From Candidatus Eiseniibacteriota bacterium (GTDB lineage Bacteria; Eisenbacteria; RBG-16-71-46), in assembly GCA_041483195.1 (NCBI GenBank), contig JBGPFC010000042.1, positions 1 to 29,083 on the forward strand: a stretch of DNA of 29,083 nt, in the 5' to 3' direction. The position numbers and the translations under genes were made by a program. Each line of letters begins with the position of its first letter. Position 1 is the first letter of the stretch. The notes beneath the pieces are model-generated. The model did not search any database and had not been told where the DNA came from. It saw only the letters and a list, made by a program, of their open reading frames with translations. Below are positions 7,536 to 19,547 of this stretch, one piece after another.

Positions 7536-9674
7536 ATGCTACGCCCCCCGCGCGTCACGACGGCCCGGAACATCCGAGCGAGCGAGCGAGGCGGTGCGAT
7601 CGCCGCGTGCGCGGCCGCAGTACTCGCGGCCGCGGGGCTCGCCACCCTGTGCGGATGCGGCGCGCCCGTCCCGCCGCGCGCCGCGTTCGATCCCGACACC
7701 ATTCCGAGCGCCTACGCGCGCCCGTCGGGCGCGCTAATGTGGCCGGGGGCGAGCCGCGCGTTCGAGATCACGCCCGCCGGCGACCTCTACAACGGCGACT
7801 GGGTGGTGCGCGTGCGACCCTCCTCCGCCGGGGTGCTCGCCGGTCCGCCGCGCGTGATCGCGAGCGAGGATCGCTGGCTGCCGGTCGAGCACTGGCGGCG
7901 CACCTCGGGCCCGGTGCGATGGGAGTTCGAAGCGCTCGCGCTCCCGGAGGAGGCCCCGCGCGACACCAGCCTGATCGTTTCGATCGAGGTGCGCGCGACC
8001 AATACCGGCCTGGCCCCGAGCGAGGCGCGGCTCGCATTGCGGATCGGCGCGCCGGATCCTTCCCCGCCGTTCCTCGCGTTCGACGCGCCAGACAGCGGGG
8101 CGGTCCCGTTGCGCTGGTCCGCGGGCGGCACCGGCGAATTCGCGCAGGGATGGAGCGACCTGATGGCGAGCGGCGACTCGTGCGTCGCGAGCTGGACGCT
8201 GGCCCCTGGCGAGACCCGAACCGCGCGTTGCGTGCTGCCGGCCTACGCCGCGCCCGCTCGCGCGCTCGCGTCCTGGGCGCGGACCCCGCACGCGCGGCGC
8301 GCCGAAGCCGCGCGGCGTTACTGGACGGGCGCGATCGCGGGCGGCGCGGGTTTCGCGCTCGGCGATCCCGCGCTCGAGGGCGCGCTGAACGCCGCGCGCG
8401 TCGTGCTCCTGGCCTGCCGCGAGCGGCGCGGGCGGAGCTGGGTGCCGATCGGCAATCCGTTCCAGTACCGGGACGTGTGGCTGCGCGACGGCGCGCGCGC
8501 GATTCAGGCGCTCGCGGTGTGCGGCCACACGCGCGAGGCACGCGAGCTCGCGGAGGGATTCCTGCACTTCCAGTGGCCGCAGGGCCCATTCCTCAGCCAG
8601 CGCGGCCAGCTGGACGGCACCGGGCAGGCGCTGTGGGCGTTCGAGCAGGCCCTGTTGCGCCCCGCTCCCGACGATTCCGTCGCCCGCTACGCGGACGCCG
8701 CGCTCCGCGCCATTCAGTGGTGCGAGTGGCAGCGCGATCTCGGGCGCCAGTCCGGCTGGCCGTTCGGTCGCATGATGCCGTTCGGCGACCCGCGCGACGC
8801 GGAGCTTACGCGCGCGCAGCTCGTCGGCAACGATGCGTGGATGATGGCCGGCTACCGCGCGGCCTCGCGCCTGCTGCGCGCGGCGCGGCGCGACGCGATG
8901 GCCGACAGCGTGGACCTCGCGCTCGCCCGCTATCGGACGGATTTCCTGCGGGCGCTCGCGATCAGTCGCAGCCCGGACCTCCCGGCCTCATGGCAGGGCG
9001 TGGGCAGAGACTGGGGCAATCTCGCGGCGGGGTGGCCGTGTCGCGCGCTCGATCCGGGCGATCCGCGTTGCGCGGCCCTCGCGCGCCGGGTGTGGGCCGC
9101 GGCCGGCGGCCCGGGGCTCACGTGGTACGGCGCGCGCGACTCGCTCCAGTACTACGTCGGCGCCGATCTCGGCACCTGGGCGCTGCTCACCGGGCGCCGC
9201 GCGCAGGCGGACAGCGTGCTCGATGCGCTGCTCGCGTTTCGCGACGCGAACGGCGGCGCCGGGGAACTCTTCACCCGCTCCGCTCATGAGTTCGGCGGCA
9301 ACCTGCCCCCGCACGCGACGTCGGCCGCCGCGCTGATCACGCTGGTGCGCAACGCGCTGGTGTTCGACGACGGCGACACGCTCGCGCTCACGCTCGGCGC
9401 ACGCACGCGCTGGTGGACGGGCGCCACCGTCTCGCGCGCACCCACCCGCTGGGGCGCGATCGACCTCGCGTTCCGCCGCGACGCGGCCGGCGCCGAGTGG
9501 ACGTGGAGCGCGGTGCCGGTCTGGACCTCGCTCACGCTGCCGTCCGGCACCCGGCTCGGCGCGCCGCCCCCCGCGCCGCTGCGGGGCTGCGGCTCGGGCC
9601 GCTGCGTGCTCGCGCCGCCGGGAACCATCATGGCGCGCGTCGTTCTCGCCGCGGACGCCTCAGCGGCCCCATGA
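7536..9674 (+). CDS. Putative lipoprotein six-hairpin (alpha/alpha)6 glycoside hydrolase-like protein
   Basis: Hydrophobic signal ending LCGC, YRDVWLRDG motif, DGTGQALW, and a C-terminal GEL..PH.TSAA..LVRN followed by a beta tail (APTRWG). The exact GH family cannot be assigned by eye. Confidence 0.75.
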   Translation: MLRPPRVTTARNIRASERGGAIAACAAAVLAAAGLATLCGCGAPVPPRAAFDPDTIPSAYARPSGALMWPGASRAFEITPAGDLYNGDWVVRVRPSSAGVLAGPPRVIASEDRWLPVEHWRRTSGPVRWEFEALALPEEAPRDTSLIVSIEVRATNTGLAPSEARLALRIGAPDPSPPFLAFDAPDSGAVPLRWSAGGTGEFAQGWSDLMASGDSCVASWTLAPGETRTARCVLPAYAAPARALASWARTPHARRAEAARRYWTGAIAGGAGFALGDPALEGALNAARVVLLACRERRGRSWVPIGNPFQYRDVWLRDGARAIQALAVCGHTREARELAEGFLHFQWPQGPFLSQRGQLDGTGQALWAFEQALLRPAPDDSVARYADAALRAIQWCEWQRDLGRQSGWPFGRMMPFGDPRDAELTRAQLVGNDAWMMAGYRAASRLLRAARRDAMADSVDLALARYRTDFLRALAISRSPDLPASWQGVGRDWGNLAAGWPCRALDPGDPRCAALARRVWAAAGGPGLTWYGARDSLQYYVGADLGTWALLTGRRAQADSVLDALLAFRDANGGAGELFTRSAHEFGGNLPPHATSAAALITLVRNALVFDDGDTLALTLGARTRWWTGATVSRAPTRWGAIDLAFRRDAAGAEWTWSAVPVWTSLTLPSGTRLGAPPPAPLRGCGSGRCVLAPPGTIMARVVLAADASAAP

Positions 9675-10297
9675 GCGCGCGGTCCCGGGGCCGCGCGCCC
9701 GGCCCGCGCCCCGCCGCGCCCGCGCGGCCCTCGCGGTGGCCCGCGGCCCTCGCGGGAACGCTCCTCCTGATCGCGATCGTCGCGTGGTGGCGGTGGCACG
9801 CGAGCGGCCCGCTCGCGCCGGCCGCGCGACTCGATGCTTCGCCAGCCCCCGATTCCGCGGCCACGCTGGACATCCATCGGGCGTACGCTGCTGCGAAGCT
9901 GCGAGTGGATCATGGCGATTGTCTCGCGAGCCTTCCCTACTACCGGCGCATCGGCGCGTTGCTGGCCTCCGACGCGTGGGAGTACCACCTCGAGTACGCG
10001 ATCGCGCTGCAGGGCGCATCGGTCCAGATCCAGGCACGCTCGAGCTGGGAGCGCCAGCGGCTCATGCACGAGGCGCTGGATCAGATCGATCGCGCCGAGC
10101 CGCTCGCGCACGGTGCGCGTGATCGCGCCACGATCATCGCCACGCGCGCGAAGCAGCTCCGCATCTGGGGCCTCCCGTGGGAGACCCTGCTCGAGTTCCG
10201 GCGCGCGCAGGCCGCGGACCCATCGTGGCGCGAGTGCGCGGAATCGGCGGACCTCTACGCCGGAATCCTGCGCCGGCCCGCGAACCCGCGCGAGTAG
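9671..10297 (+). CDS. Single-TM helical (TPR-like) protein, RSSWER paralog 3
   Basis: ATGA overlap with the glycosidase stop, Arg/Pro-rich N-terminus, TM LLLIAIVAWW, and motifs SLPYY, RSSWER, WGLPW, ADP. Confidence 0.8.
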   Translation: MSARSRGRAPGPRPAAPARPSRWPAALAGTLLLIAIVAWWRWHASGPLAPAARLDASPAPDSAATLDIHRAYAAAKLRVDHGDCLASLPYYRRIGALLASDAWEYHLEYAIALQGASVQIQARSSWERQRLMHEALDQIDRAEPLAHGARDRATIIATRAKQLRIWGLPWETLLEFRRAQAADPSWRECAESADLYAGILRRPANPRE

Positions 10298-10345
10298 CGC
10301 GCCCGGCGCGGCGCGCGGCAAACGGTTCGCGGCGCGCGGCCGCGC

Positions 10346-11139
10346 CTATCCTCCCAGCCGCACACGGGCGAGCGTGAAGAGGATCTTCCAGCTCGCGCCC
10401 GCGATCCCGCGCATCGTGCCCGCCACCTTCGAGCGCCCGAGCCGGCGGCGGCGATAGCGGACCGGCACCTCGGCGCACCGCATGCCCGCGAGCGCCGCGC
10501 GCGCCTGCATCTCGACCGTCCAGCCGTAGTCGCGATCGCGCATTCTGAGCCGTTCGAGTGCACCCCAGCGAACCGCGCGGAACGGCCCGAGGTCGGTGAA
10601 GCGCGCGCCGAACAGCCCGCGCAGCAGGAGCGTGGCGAGCCGGTTGCCGAACGCCTGCACCGGCGTGAGCGCCCCGGGCTCCCGAGTCCCGAGCGCGCGC
10701 GAGCCGATCACGAGATCGGCGCGATCCGCGAGCAGCGGCGCCAGCAACTCGGGAAGCTGGGCGGGATCGTCGCTGTGGTCGGCGTCGAGAAACGCGACAA
10801 CGTCGGGTGGGTTCGCGCGCAGATGCGCGAGGCCCGCGAGACACGCCGCGCCGTAGCCGCGCCGCGGCTCCGCGATCACGGTCGCGCCGCCGCGGCGGGC
10901 CTCCTCGGCGGTGCGATCCCGCGAGCCGTTGTCCACGACCACGACTTCGCTCAGCCGCCAGCCGACGCCGATGCGGGGAAGATCGGCGAGGACGCGCGCG
11001 AGCGGCTCCTCTTCGTCGAGGGCGGGAATGACGACGGCGACGATCGGGGGCGGACGCGCCGCCCCGGTCTCCTCGCGCGCGAACGTGCCGCCGGCCCCGG
11101 GGGGCCGCGTTTCATCGCGCCGCGCGCGAATGGACAGCT

Positions 11140-11143
<4 letters not shown>
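10346..11143 (-). CDS. Glycosyltransferase family 2 (DPM1-like); start codon uncertain
   Basis: VVIPALDEE, VVVDNGSRD, RGYGAAC, FLDADHSD (DxD), FTDLGPFRA, YGWTVEMQ. No ATG/GTG/TTG in frame between the ppdK stop and the first conserved strand. Confidence 0.9.
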
Positions 11144-14007
<2,864 letters not shown>

Positions 14008-14040
14008 GAATGGCCTCCAGACGGGCTAGGGGGATGGCGC

Positions 14041-14070
14041 AGCATAGCGAGCCTCGGGCCCCGGCCTCAA
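14041..14070 (-). promoter_or_regulatory. sigma70-type promoter for ppdK
   Basis: Minus strand TTGAGG-18 nt-TATGCT upstream of the ppdK RBS. Confidence 0.6.
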
Positions 14071-14131
14071 GCGGGCTCGCGGCCGTGCCGGGGCGCCGCG
14101 CGGGAATGCGCGCCAAGCTGCGCGATGCGCC

Positions 14132-16297
14132 CTATTTGTTCGGCTCGCCGGGCTTCGCCCGCGGCCTGGCGAACTCCAGCTCGTTCAGCTGGAGGTTGAG
14201 CTGGACGTCCGTCGCGCGCAGATTCATGAAGCGCGCGCCGCGCAGGAAGCGATTCTCCTCAAACGGCCACTGCACGCCGTGCACGTCGCGGTAGTCGCTG
14301 TACACGCGGCGGGCGATCGCGCGATGACCCGCGGGATCCAGCTCCGAGAGGTCGATCGCGAACAGCAGGTTCCGGTCGCCGAGGTAGAGCTTGCGCCGCT
14401 CCCCGCCGGCCGTCACGACTTCGACCGCCTCCGCGTCGTGCCCTTCGACTCGCTCGCGGCCGCGCCACGCGGCGCGCGCGCGCGGATCGGCGGCGGCGAG
14501 CAGCAGGTGCGGGAGGTCGGAATCGAAGCCCGCCCGGAGCGCCGCCACTTCGCTCGAGTCCGAGACGTTCACCGTCTCCTCGCTGCCGACCATCGTCCAC
14601 GCGTCCTCGCCGTTCAGAATCTGCCGGCTCTCGAAGCCTTCGAGGCTGGTGAGGTACATCATCTTGTATGGGTCCTTGCGCAGCTGCCGGAGCGTGCCGT
14701 TCGCGTCGACGCCGTTCACGGTGATCTTCACGTCGGCCAAGACCATCGACGAGGTGATCCCACGCAACCGGTCTGCGCCGCCGTGCGCGGTCACCGCCCG
14801 CGTGATCAGCTCGCGCCCGCGGGCCTGCTGCGCCGGGGTCGAAGGTGGCGTGGTGTCCGGTCGGGCCTCGGACCCGGGGATCGCGTCGATCTGGATCACC
14901 TCGACCTCACCGAGCGGCTTGAGCAGCGGCTCGAGGGTGCGCGCCGGACCCACCGCGACGATCGCGAGACGCTCCATGTCCGCGCCCTGCCGCGCGGCGT
15001 TCCACAGCTCTCCGGGTGTCAGGGCCGCGAGCCGGTCGCGATAGCGCTCGAAATAGTCCTGCGGCGCGCCGCACCGGTCGGCGGCGACCCACTGGCTCAT
15101 GAGCGCGGCGAGCGGCTCGAACTGGAGGGGGAATGCCTGCCGCACCATGCGTCGCACCGCGGCGAGGTCGGCCACCGGCGCCGGGCCGGCGAGGAAGCGG
15201 CGCATCTCGCCGCGCAGACGGCGCGCGAGCACGCCCGCGGAATCCGGAGGACCCGAGGCCCCGAGCATCCAGACCCCTCCGGAGCACAGCGGGGCGAACG
15301 AGGAGCGCGCGTCCCGGCCGATCGCGAAGCCGCCGATGCGCGTCGCGAGCACGTTCTGGAAGACCCGCAGCGCGAAGGCGCGCGCGATCTCGTCGCTCGC
15401 CTCCCGTCCCGGTGTCGCGAGGCCGAGGCGCAGCTCGCAGACCGGCGAAGGCTGGTCGACGATGCGGATGCGCACGCCGCCCGCGGGTGGCGCCGCGGGC
15501 GCGGTCGCGGGCGCGGCGGGCGCTTCGGATTTCGACGTCCAGCGGCCGAACCACTCCTCGACCGCGGCCGATGCGCCTTCAGACGTCACGTCGCCCGCGA
15601 TGACGAGCAGCGCGCCGTCCGGGCGGTAGTGATCGCGATGAAACGCGCGCACCTGCTCGCGGGTGAGCCGGTCCAGAGACTCGAGCGTGCCGAATGGCGG
15701 ACGGGCCGCGGCCTCTCCCGGCATCGCCATCATCCAGAGCTGCTCCTCGGCGATCGTGCCAGGGCTCTGGTGCTGCTGCTGAATTCCTCTCCCCACCTGC
15801 GCCCCGACGCGCTGAAATTCCGCTTCGGGAAAGACGGGATTGATCGCGAGATCGGAGACCAGATCGAGACCGGTCTCGAGGTCCCGCGCGAGGAACGCGG
15901 CGCTCAGCGTTGTGTACTCGCGGCCCGCGCTGGCGAGGAACGAGCCTCCGATCGCGCCGAGATTGGATTCGACCAGCTGCGCGTCTCTCGATGTGGTGCC
16001 GGCGCGCAGCATCAGCGCGGTGAGGTTCGCGACCCCGTTCTGATCGGCGGCTTCGCGGTCGAGTCCGGCAGGCAACCGCAGCTGCACCTGCACCACGGGA
16101 ACGCGCGGGTCCGGAAACACCATGACCTTGAGCCCGTTCGAAAGCGTGCGGACCTCGGGAGCCGGCACGCGATACGGACCCAGGGCACGCGCCGGCACCG
16201 TGAACGCCGGCAGGGCGAACAGCGATACGAGCGCGAGCCGCGCCACCATCGATGCGACACGCCCGCGCGAGCGCGGGTCAAGCCCTGGACGAATCAT
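14132..16297 (-). CDS. M16B peptidase-like non-catalytic subunit with an additional C-terminal beta-rich domain (possibly LolA-like)
   Basis: TLSNGLKV, GVANLTALMLRAGT (no HxxEH), FHRDHYRP...LVIAGDV. C-terminal domain AHGGADRL...YSDYRDVHGVQWPF. Signal peptide present. ATGA overlap with GGAGGT RBS. Confidence 0.85.
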   Translation of the reverse strand: MIRPGLDPRSRGRVASMVARLALVSLFALPAFTVPARALGPYRVPAPEVRTLSNGLKVMVFPDPRVPVVQVQLRLPAGLDREAADQNGVANLTALMLRAGTTSRDAQLVESNLGAIGGSFLASAGREYTTLSAAFLARDLETGLDLVSDLAINPVFPEAEFQRVGAQVGRGIQQQHQSPGTIAEEQLWMMAMPGEAAARPPFGTLESLDRLTREQVRAFHRDHYRPDGALLVIAGDVTSEGASAAVEEWFGRWTSKSEAPAAPATAPAAPPAGGVRIRIVDQPSPVCELRLGLATPGREASDEIARAFALRVFQNVLATRIGGFAIGRDARSSFAPLCSGGVWMLGASGPPDSAGVLARRLRGEMRRFLAGPAPVADLAAVRRMVRQAFPLQFEPLAALMSQWVAADRCGAPQDYFERYRDRLAALTPGELWNAARQGADMERLAIVAVGPARTLEPLLKPLGEVEVIQIDAIPGSEARPDTTPPSTPAQQARGRELITRAVTAHGGADRLRGITSSMVLADVKITVNGVDANGTLRQLRKDPYKMMYLTSLEGFESRQILNGEDAWTMVGSEETVNVSDSSEVAALRAGFDSDLPHLLLAAADPRARAAWRGRERVEGHDAEAVEVVTAGGERRKLYLGDRNLLFAIDLSELDPAGHRAIARRVYSDYRDVHGVQWPFEENRFLRGARFMNLRATDVQLNLQLNELEFARPRAKPGEPNK

Positions 16298-17673
16298 CGC
16301 GCCACCTCCCTCTCGGTCGGGCTGCGTTTCGGCCTGGGCCTGGCCGCCGGCGGCGCAGCGGGGACCTGCCCCGGCAGCATCCACACGACGGTGCGCCGCG
16401 CGGGCACCAGCACCGAAGCCGCGACGCGCTGCACCTGCTCGGGGGTGAGCGCGCGGATGCGCTCGAGACGGCGGGCCGCCATGCGCCAGTCTCCGAGCAC
16501 GGCCTCCGCCTCGCCGATCGACTGCGCGCGGCCGCGCGGCGATTCCCAATCGAGCATGAGCGACAGCTCGGCTTCGCGCTTCACGCGCTCGAGATCGGCG
16601 GCATCGACCGGAGCCGCGGACAGCGCAGCGCTCACCGAGACCAACGTGCTCTCCACCGCAGCGCTGTCCGCATCGGGGCGGAGCGCGGCGGCCGCGAACA
16701 ACAGCGAAGCATCGCGTCGTGCGTCGAACCCGCCCTCCACCACCAACCCCAGGCCAGCGCTGCCGAGCAGCGCCCGCTGGAGCCGCCCGGCCTGCCCGGT
16801 GCTCATCAGGCGAGCGAGCAGGTCGAGCGCTGCGCTCGATGAATCGCGGCCGCCCGGCGCGCGCCAGCCCACCAGCACGACCGGCACGGGCGTGCCGCCG
16901 CGTACGCTGGCGCGCCGCTCGGCGGGTTGCGCGGGCGGGGCGGCGGTCGGATCGCGCGGGGCCTCTCGCCTCGGGAGCGGGCCGAATGCGCCGCGCACGA
17001 GACGCAGCGCCTCCGCCCGGTCGAAGCGGCCGACCAGCGTGAGCACGGCGTTGTTGGGCGCATAGCGCTCGCGATCGTAGGCCTGGCAGACGGCCAGCGT
17101 CATGCGGTCGAGATCGCGCTCGCGACCGATGACCGGCGCGCCGTACGGATGTCCGGGAAACGCGGTGGCGTAGAGCAGCTGCAATCCGAGCCCCACCGGA
17201 TTCCCCGCGTTCAGTCGCCCCATCTCCGCGCGCGCGATGCGCCGATCACGCTCGACGCTCTCCGCCGTGATCCTGAGCGCGCCCATGCGATCGGCCTCGA
17301 GATCCAGCGCGAGACCGAGCGCGCTCGCGGGAAGCGTCTCGTAGAAGCACGAGACGTCGGAGGTCGTGAAGGTGTTGAGGCTCGCGCCCTCGGCGCGCAG
17401 CAATCGCTGGTGCTCACCCGCCGGGTAACGCTGCGAGCCGCGAAACATGAGCCGCTCCATCAGGTGGGTGAGGCCGCTGGAGCCCGGCTGCTCGGTGCGG
17501 GCGCCGGCTCCGTACCACACCGCGACGTCCACGGTCGCGGCGAGGGTGTCGGGGGCGAGGAGCACGCGCAGGCCGTTGCCGAGCGTGACCGATTCCACGG
17601 CGGGGGGCACCACCTGGGCAAGACACGGCGCGGCGCAGCAGCAGATCAGCAGGGTGAGAGCCACAGACCTCAT
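16294..17673 (-). CDS. M16B peptidase-like subunit with degenerate zinc motif (HLMER)
   Basis: Signal peptide, TLGNGLRV, GLTHLMERLMFRGS, NTFT, LEADRM, HPYG.PVIG, YAPNNAVL. Alternative in-frame ATG at 17715 overlaps the upstream stop. Confidence 0.9.
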   Translation of the reverse strand: MRSVALTLLICCCAAPCLAQVVPPAVESVTLGNGLRVLLAPDTLAATVDVAVWYGAGARTEQPGSSGLTHLMERLMFRGSQRYPAGEHQRLLRAEGASLNTFTTSDVSCFYETLPASALGLALDLEADRMGALRITAESVERDRRIARAEMGRLNAGNPVGLGLQLLYATAFPGHPYGAPVIGRERDLDRMTLAVCQAYDRERYAPNNAVLTLVGRFDRAEALRLVRGAFGPLPRREAPRDPTAAPPAQPAERRASVRGGTPVPVVLVGWRAPGGRDSSSAALDLLARLMSTGQAGRLQRALLGSAGLGLVVEGGFDARRDASLLFAAAALRPDADSAAVESTLVSVSAALSAAPVDAADLERVKREAELSLMLDWESPRGRAQSIGEAEAVLGDWRMAARRLERIRALTPEQVQRVAASVLVPARRTVVWMLPGQVPAAPPAARPRPKRSPTEREVAR

Positions 17674-17711
17674 CGCATGTCGTCCTTTCGTATCGGTTCC
17701 GTCGCGGCTCT

Positions 17712-19535
17712 TCATCGCAGCGCCGCGACCCGGGCCGCCGTGACCTGGCCGCCCACCTTCAAGGAGATGAAATAAATGCCCGGCTCGGCCGCGCGCGAGG
17801 CGCCGTCGCGGCCGTCCCACCCCACGGTGATGCATTGTCCCCGCGCGAGCATCCCCGACCACAGTTCCCGCACGGCCCGGCCTGCCAGGTCGAGGACCTC
17901 GATCCGGGCCGGATTCGATCCGGGAAGGAATCCGCCGGCCGCGAATCGTACAGCAGTCGCGGGTCCATCCGCGCGGTGCGGATTCGGCCCGAGCACTTCG
18001 GCCGCCGGAACGGATGAAGGCATGGAAGACGCCGGCTGCCAGCACAGCGCGCGCACGCCGCTCGGAATGCCGTACCCCACACGGTCGTCCGGCCATGAGG
18101 CGCGCGATGCGGTTTCGCGCAGGGCGCGGATCACGTCGACCGGTCGCCACGTCGGACGCGCCTGCATGACACACGCCGCGAGGCCGGCCACCAGCGGGGC
18201 CGAGAACGAGGTGCCGTCGAGGGACGTGTAGCCGGCGGGCCCGGCCACCGGATCGATCAGCGGATTGCCAACGCCGCGCGCGGCGAGGTCGGGCTTGACG
18301 CGGTTGTCGGCGCTCGGACCGTACGACGAGAATCCGCCCGGGGTCCCGAAGTCGTCCACCGCCCCCACCGCGATCACGCTGTCTCCGTTCGCGTCGGCGG
18401 GCGCGACCAGGTATTTCCACGGCATCTGGCCCGCGTTCCCCACCGAGTTCACCACCAGGATCCCCTTGCTCGCCGCGATCTCGGCGGCGCGGGTCACGAT
18501 CGTGGTGGAGCCGTTCAGGTTCGCGTAGACGTAGCTCGGGTCGGGCGCGTCGAACTCGGTGTATCCGACCGACGACGAGATGATGTCGGCCCCCAGGCTG
18601 TCGGCCCACTCCGCCCCCATCCCCCAGTAGACCATCTCGACCTGGTGCTCGCTGGCGTGGACCTCGGTGCGCCCGAGTGCGTAGCTCGCGCCGTAAGCTG
18701 CGCCCACGTACGCGCCGCGCCGGTCGGCGGCGAGCAACCCCATGACCTGCGTGCCGTGATTGTAGTCGCTGAAGTTCGCGGGATCGGTCACGTCCCAGTC
18801 GCCGTCGACGAAATCACGCTGGAAGCCGGGGCCGATCGCGACGCCGCTCAGTGCCTCGTGCGTGTCGTGGGCGTTGAATCCCTCGTCGAGGATGCAGACC
18901 AGCACGCCGGTCCCCGCATAGCCTGAGTCGTGCAGCGCGGGCAGGGCGATCTGTTCGAGCTGCGCCAGGGTTCGCCCGTAGTCGATCGCCTCCGCGCGCC
19001 CCGCGCGCTCGCCCGCGACGCGAGCGGGCCACGCGGCCGCCCCGGTGCCCGGCGGATCGGCCGAGCGGGCCGCATGCTCGACCTCGCGCAGGCCCGCGAC
19101 GAACGGCAGCGCGCCGATCTCCAGCAGCCGCGTGCCGGGGACGCGCACCGCGACCTGGTTGAACCAGCGCGAGGCACCGAACGGCGCGAGACCGCGAGCG
19201 GCGAGGGCCGCGACGTATGGCGCGTGGATCGGGATGTCGCGCTCGTCCACCAGCGGCTGGACGCCGGCCCGCTGGCGTCGCGCCAGCGCGCGCGGCGTGA
19301 GCGCGGCGCGCGCCAGCGCCAGCGCGCGCGCGACGTCGCCGGGTCCAGCTTCTCCCTTGTCGCGAAATCCCACCCACACCGTGACCGGCTCGGGGCTTTG
19401 CGTCGCGGCCATCAGGCGCGGATCGAGCTTGGACCGGAACGTTGCGGAATCGGCGGCGACCGCCGCCGGATCGCACGCCGCCGCGAGCCCCGCCGCGAGG
19501 CCGAGGCCCGCGATGATTCGAGCCGGATGGCGCAT
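17712..19535 (-). CDS. Secreted S8 (subtilisin-like) serine peptidase with C-terminal FlgD-Ig/T9SS-type domain
   Basis: Catalytic triad ILDEG, NHGT, GTSFSAP; oxyanion SVGN; KPDLAARG. C-terminus DLAGRAVR...WDGRD...PGIYF. Confidence 0.95.
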   Translation of the reverse strand: MRHPARIIAGLGLAAGLAAACDPAAVAADSATFRSKLDPRLMAATQSPEPVTVWVGFRDKGEAGPGDVARALALARAALTPRALARRQRAGVQPLVDERDIPIHAPYVAALAARGLAPFGASRWFNQVAVRVPGTRLLEIGALPFVAGLREVEHAARSADPPGTGAAAWPARVAGERAGRAEAIDYGRTLAQLEQIALPALHDSGYAGTGVLVCILDEGFNAHDTHEALSGVAIGPGFQRDFVDGDWDVTDPANFSDYNHGTQVMGLLAADRRGAYVGAAYGASYALGRTEVHASEHQVEMVYWGMGAEWADSLGADIISSSVGYTEFDAPDPSYVYANLNGSTTIVTRAAEIAASKGILVVNSVGNAGQMPWKYLVAPADANGDSVIAVGAVDDFGTPGGFSSYGPSADNRVKPDLAARGVGNPLIDPVAGPAGYTSLDGTSFSAPLVAGLAACVMQARPTWRPVDVIRALRETASRASWPDDRVGYGIPSGVRALCWQPASSMPSSVPAAEVLGPNPHRADGPATAVRFAAGGFLPGSNPARIEVLDLAGRAVRELWSGMLARGQCITVGWDGRDGASRAAEPGIYFISLKVGGQVTAARVAALR

Positions 19536-19547
19536 GGCGCCCCGCGC

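Noticed and set aside
14279..17065. 928-aa plus-strand ORF
   Set aside because: Antisense shadow of the M16 genes
16294..18609. 771-aa version of the M16 ORF
   Set aside because: The extension overlaps the S8 gene in another frame. The signal peptide begins at 17673 (or 17715).
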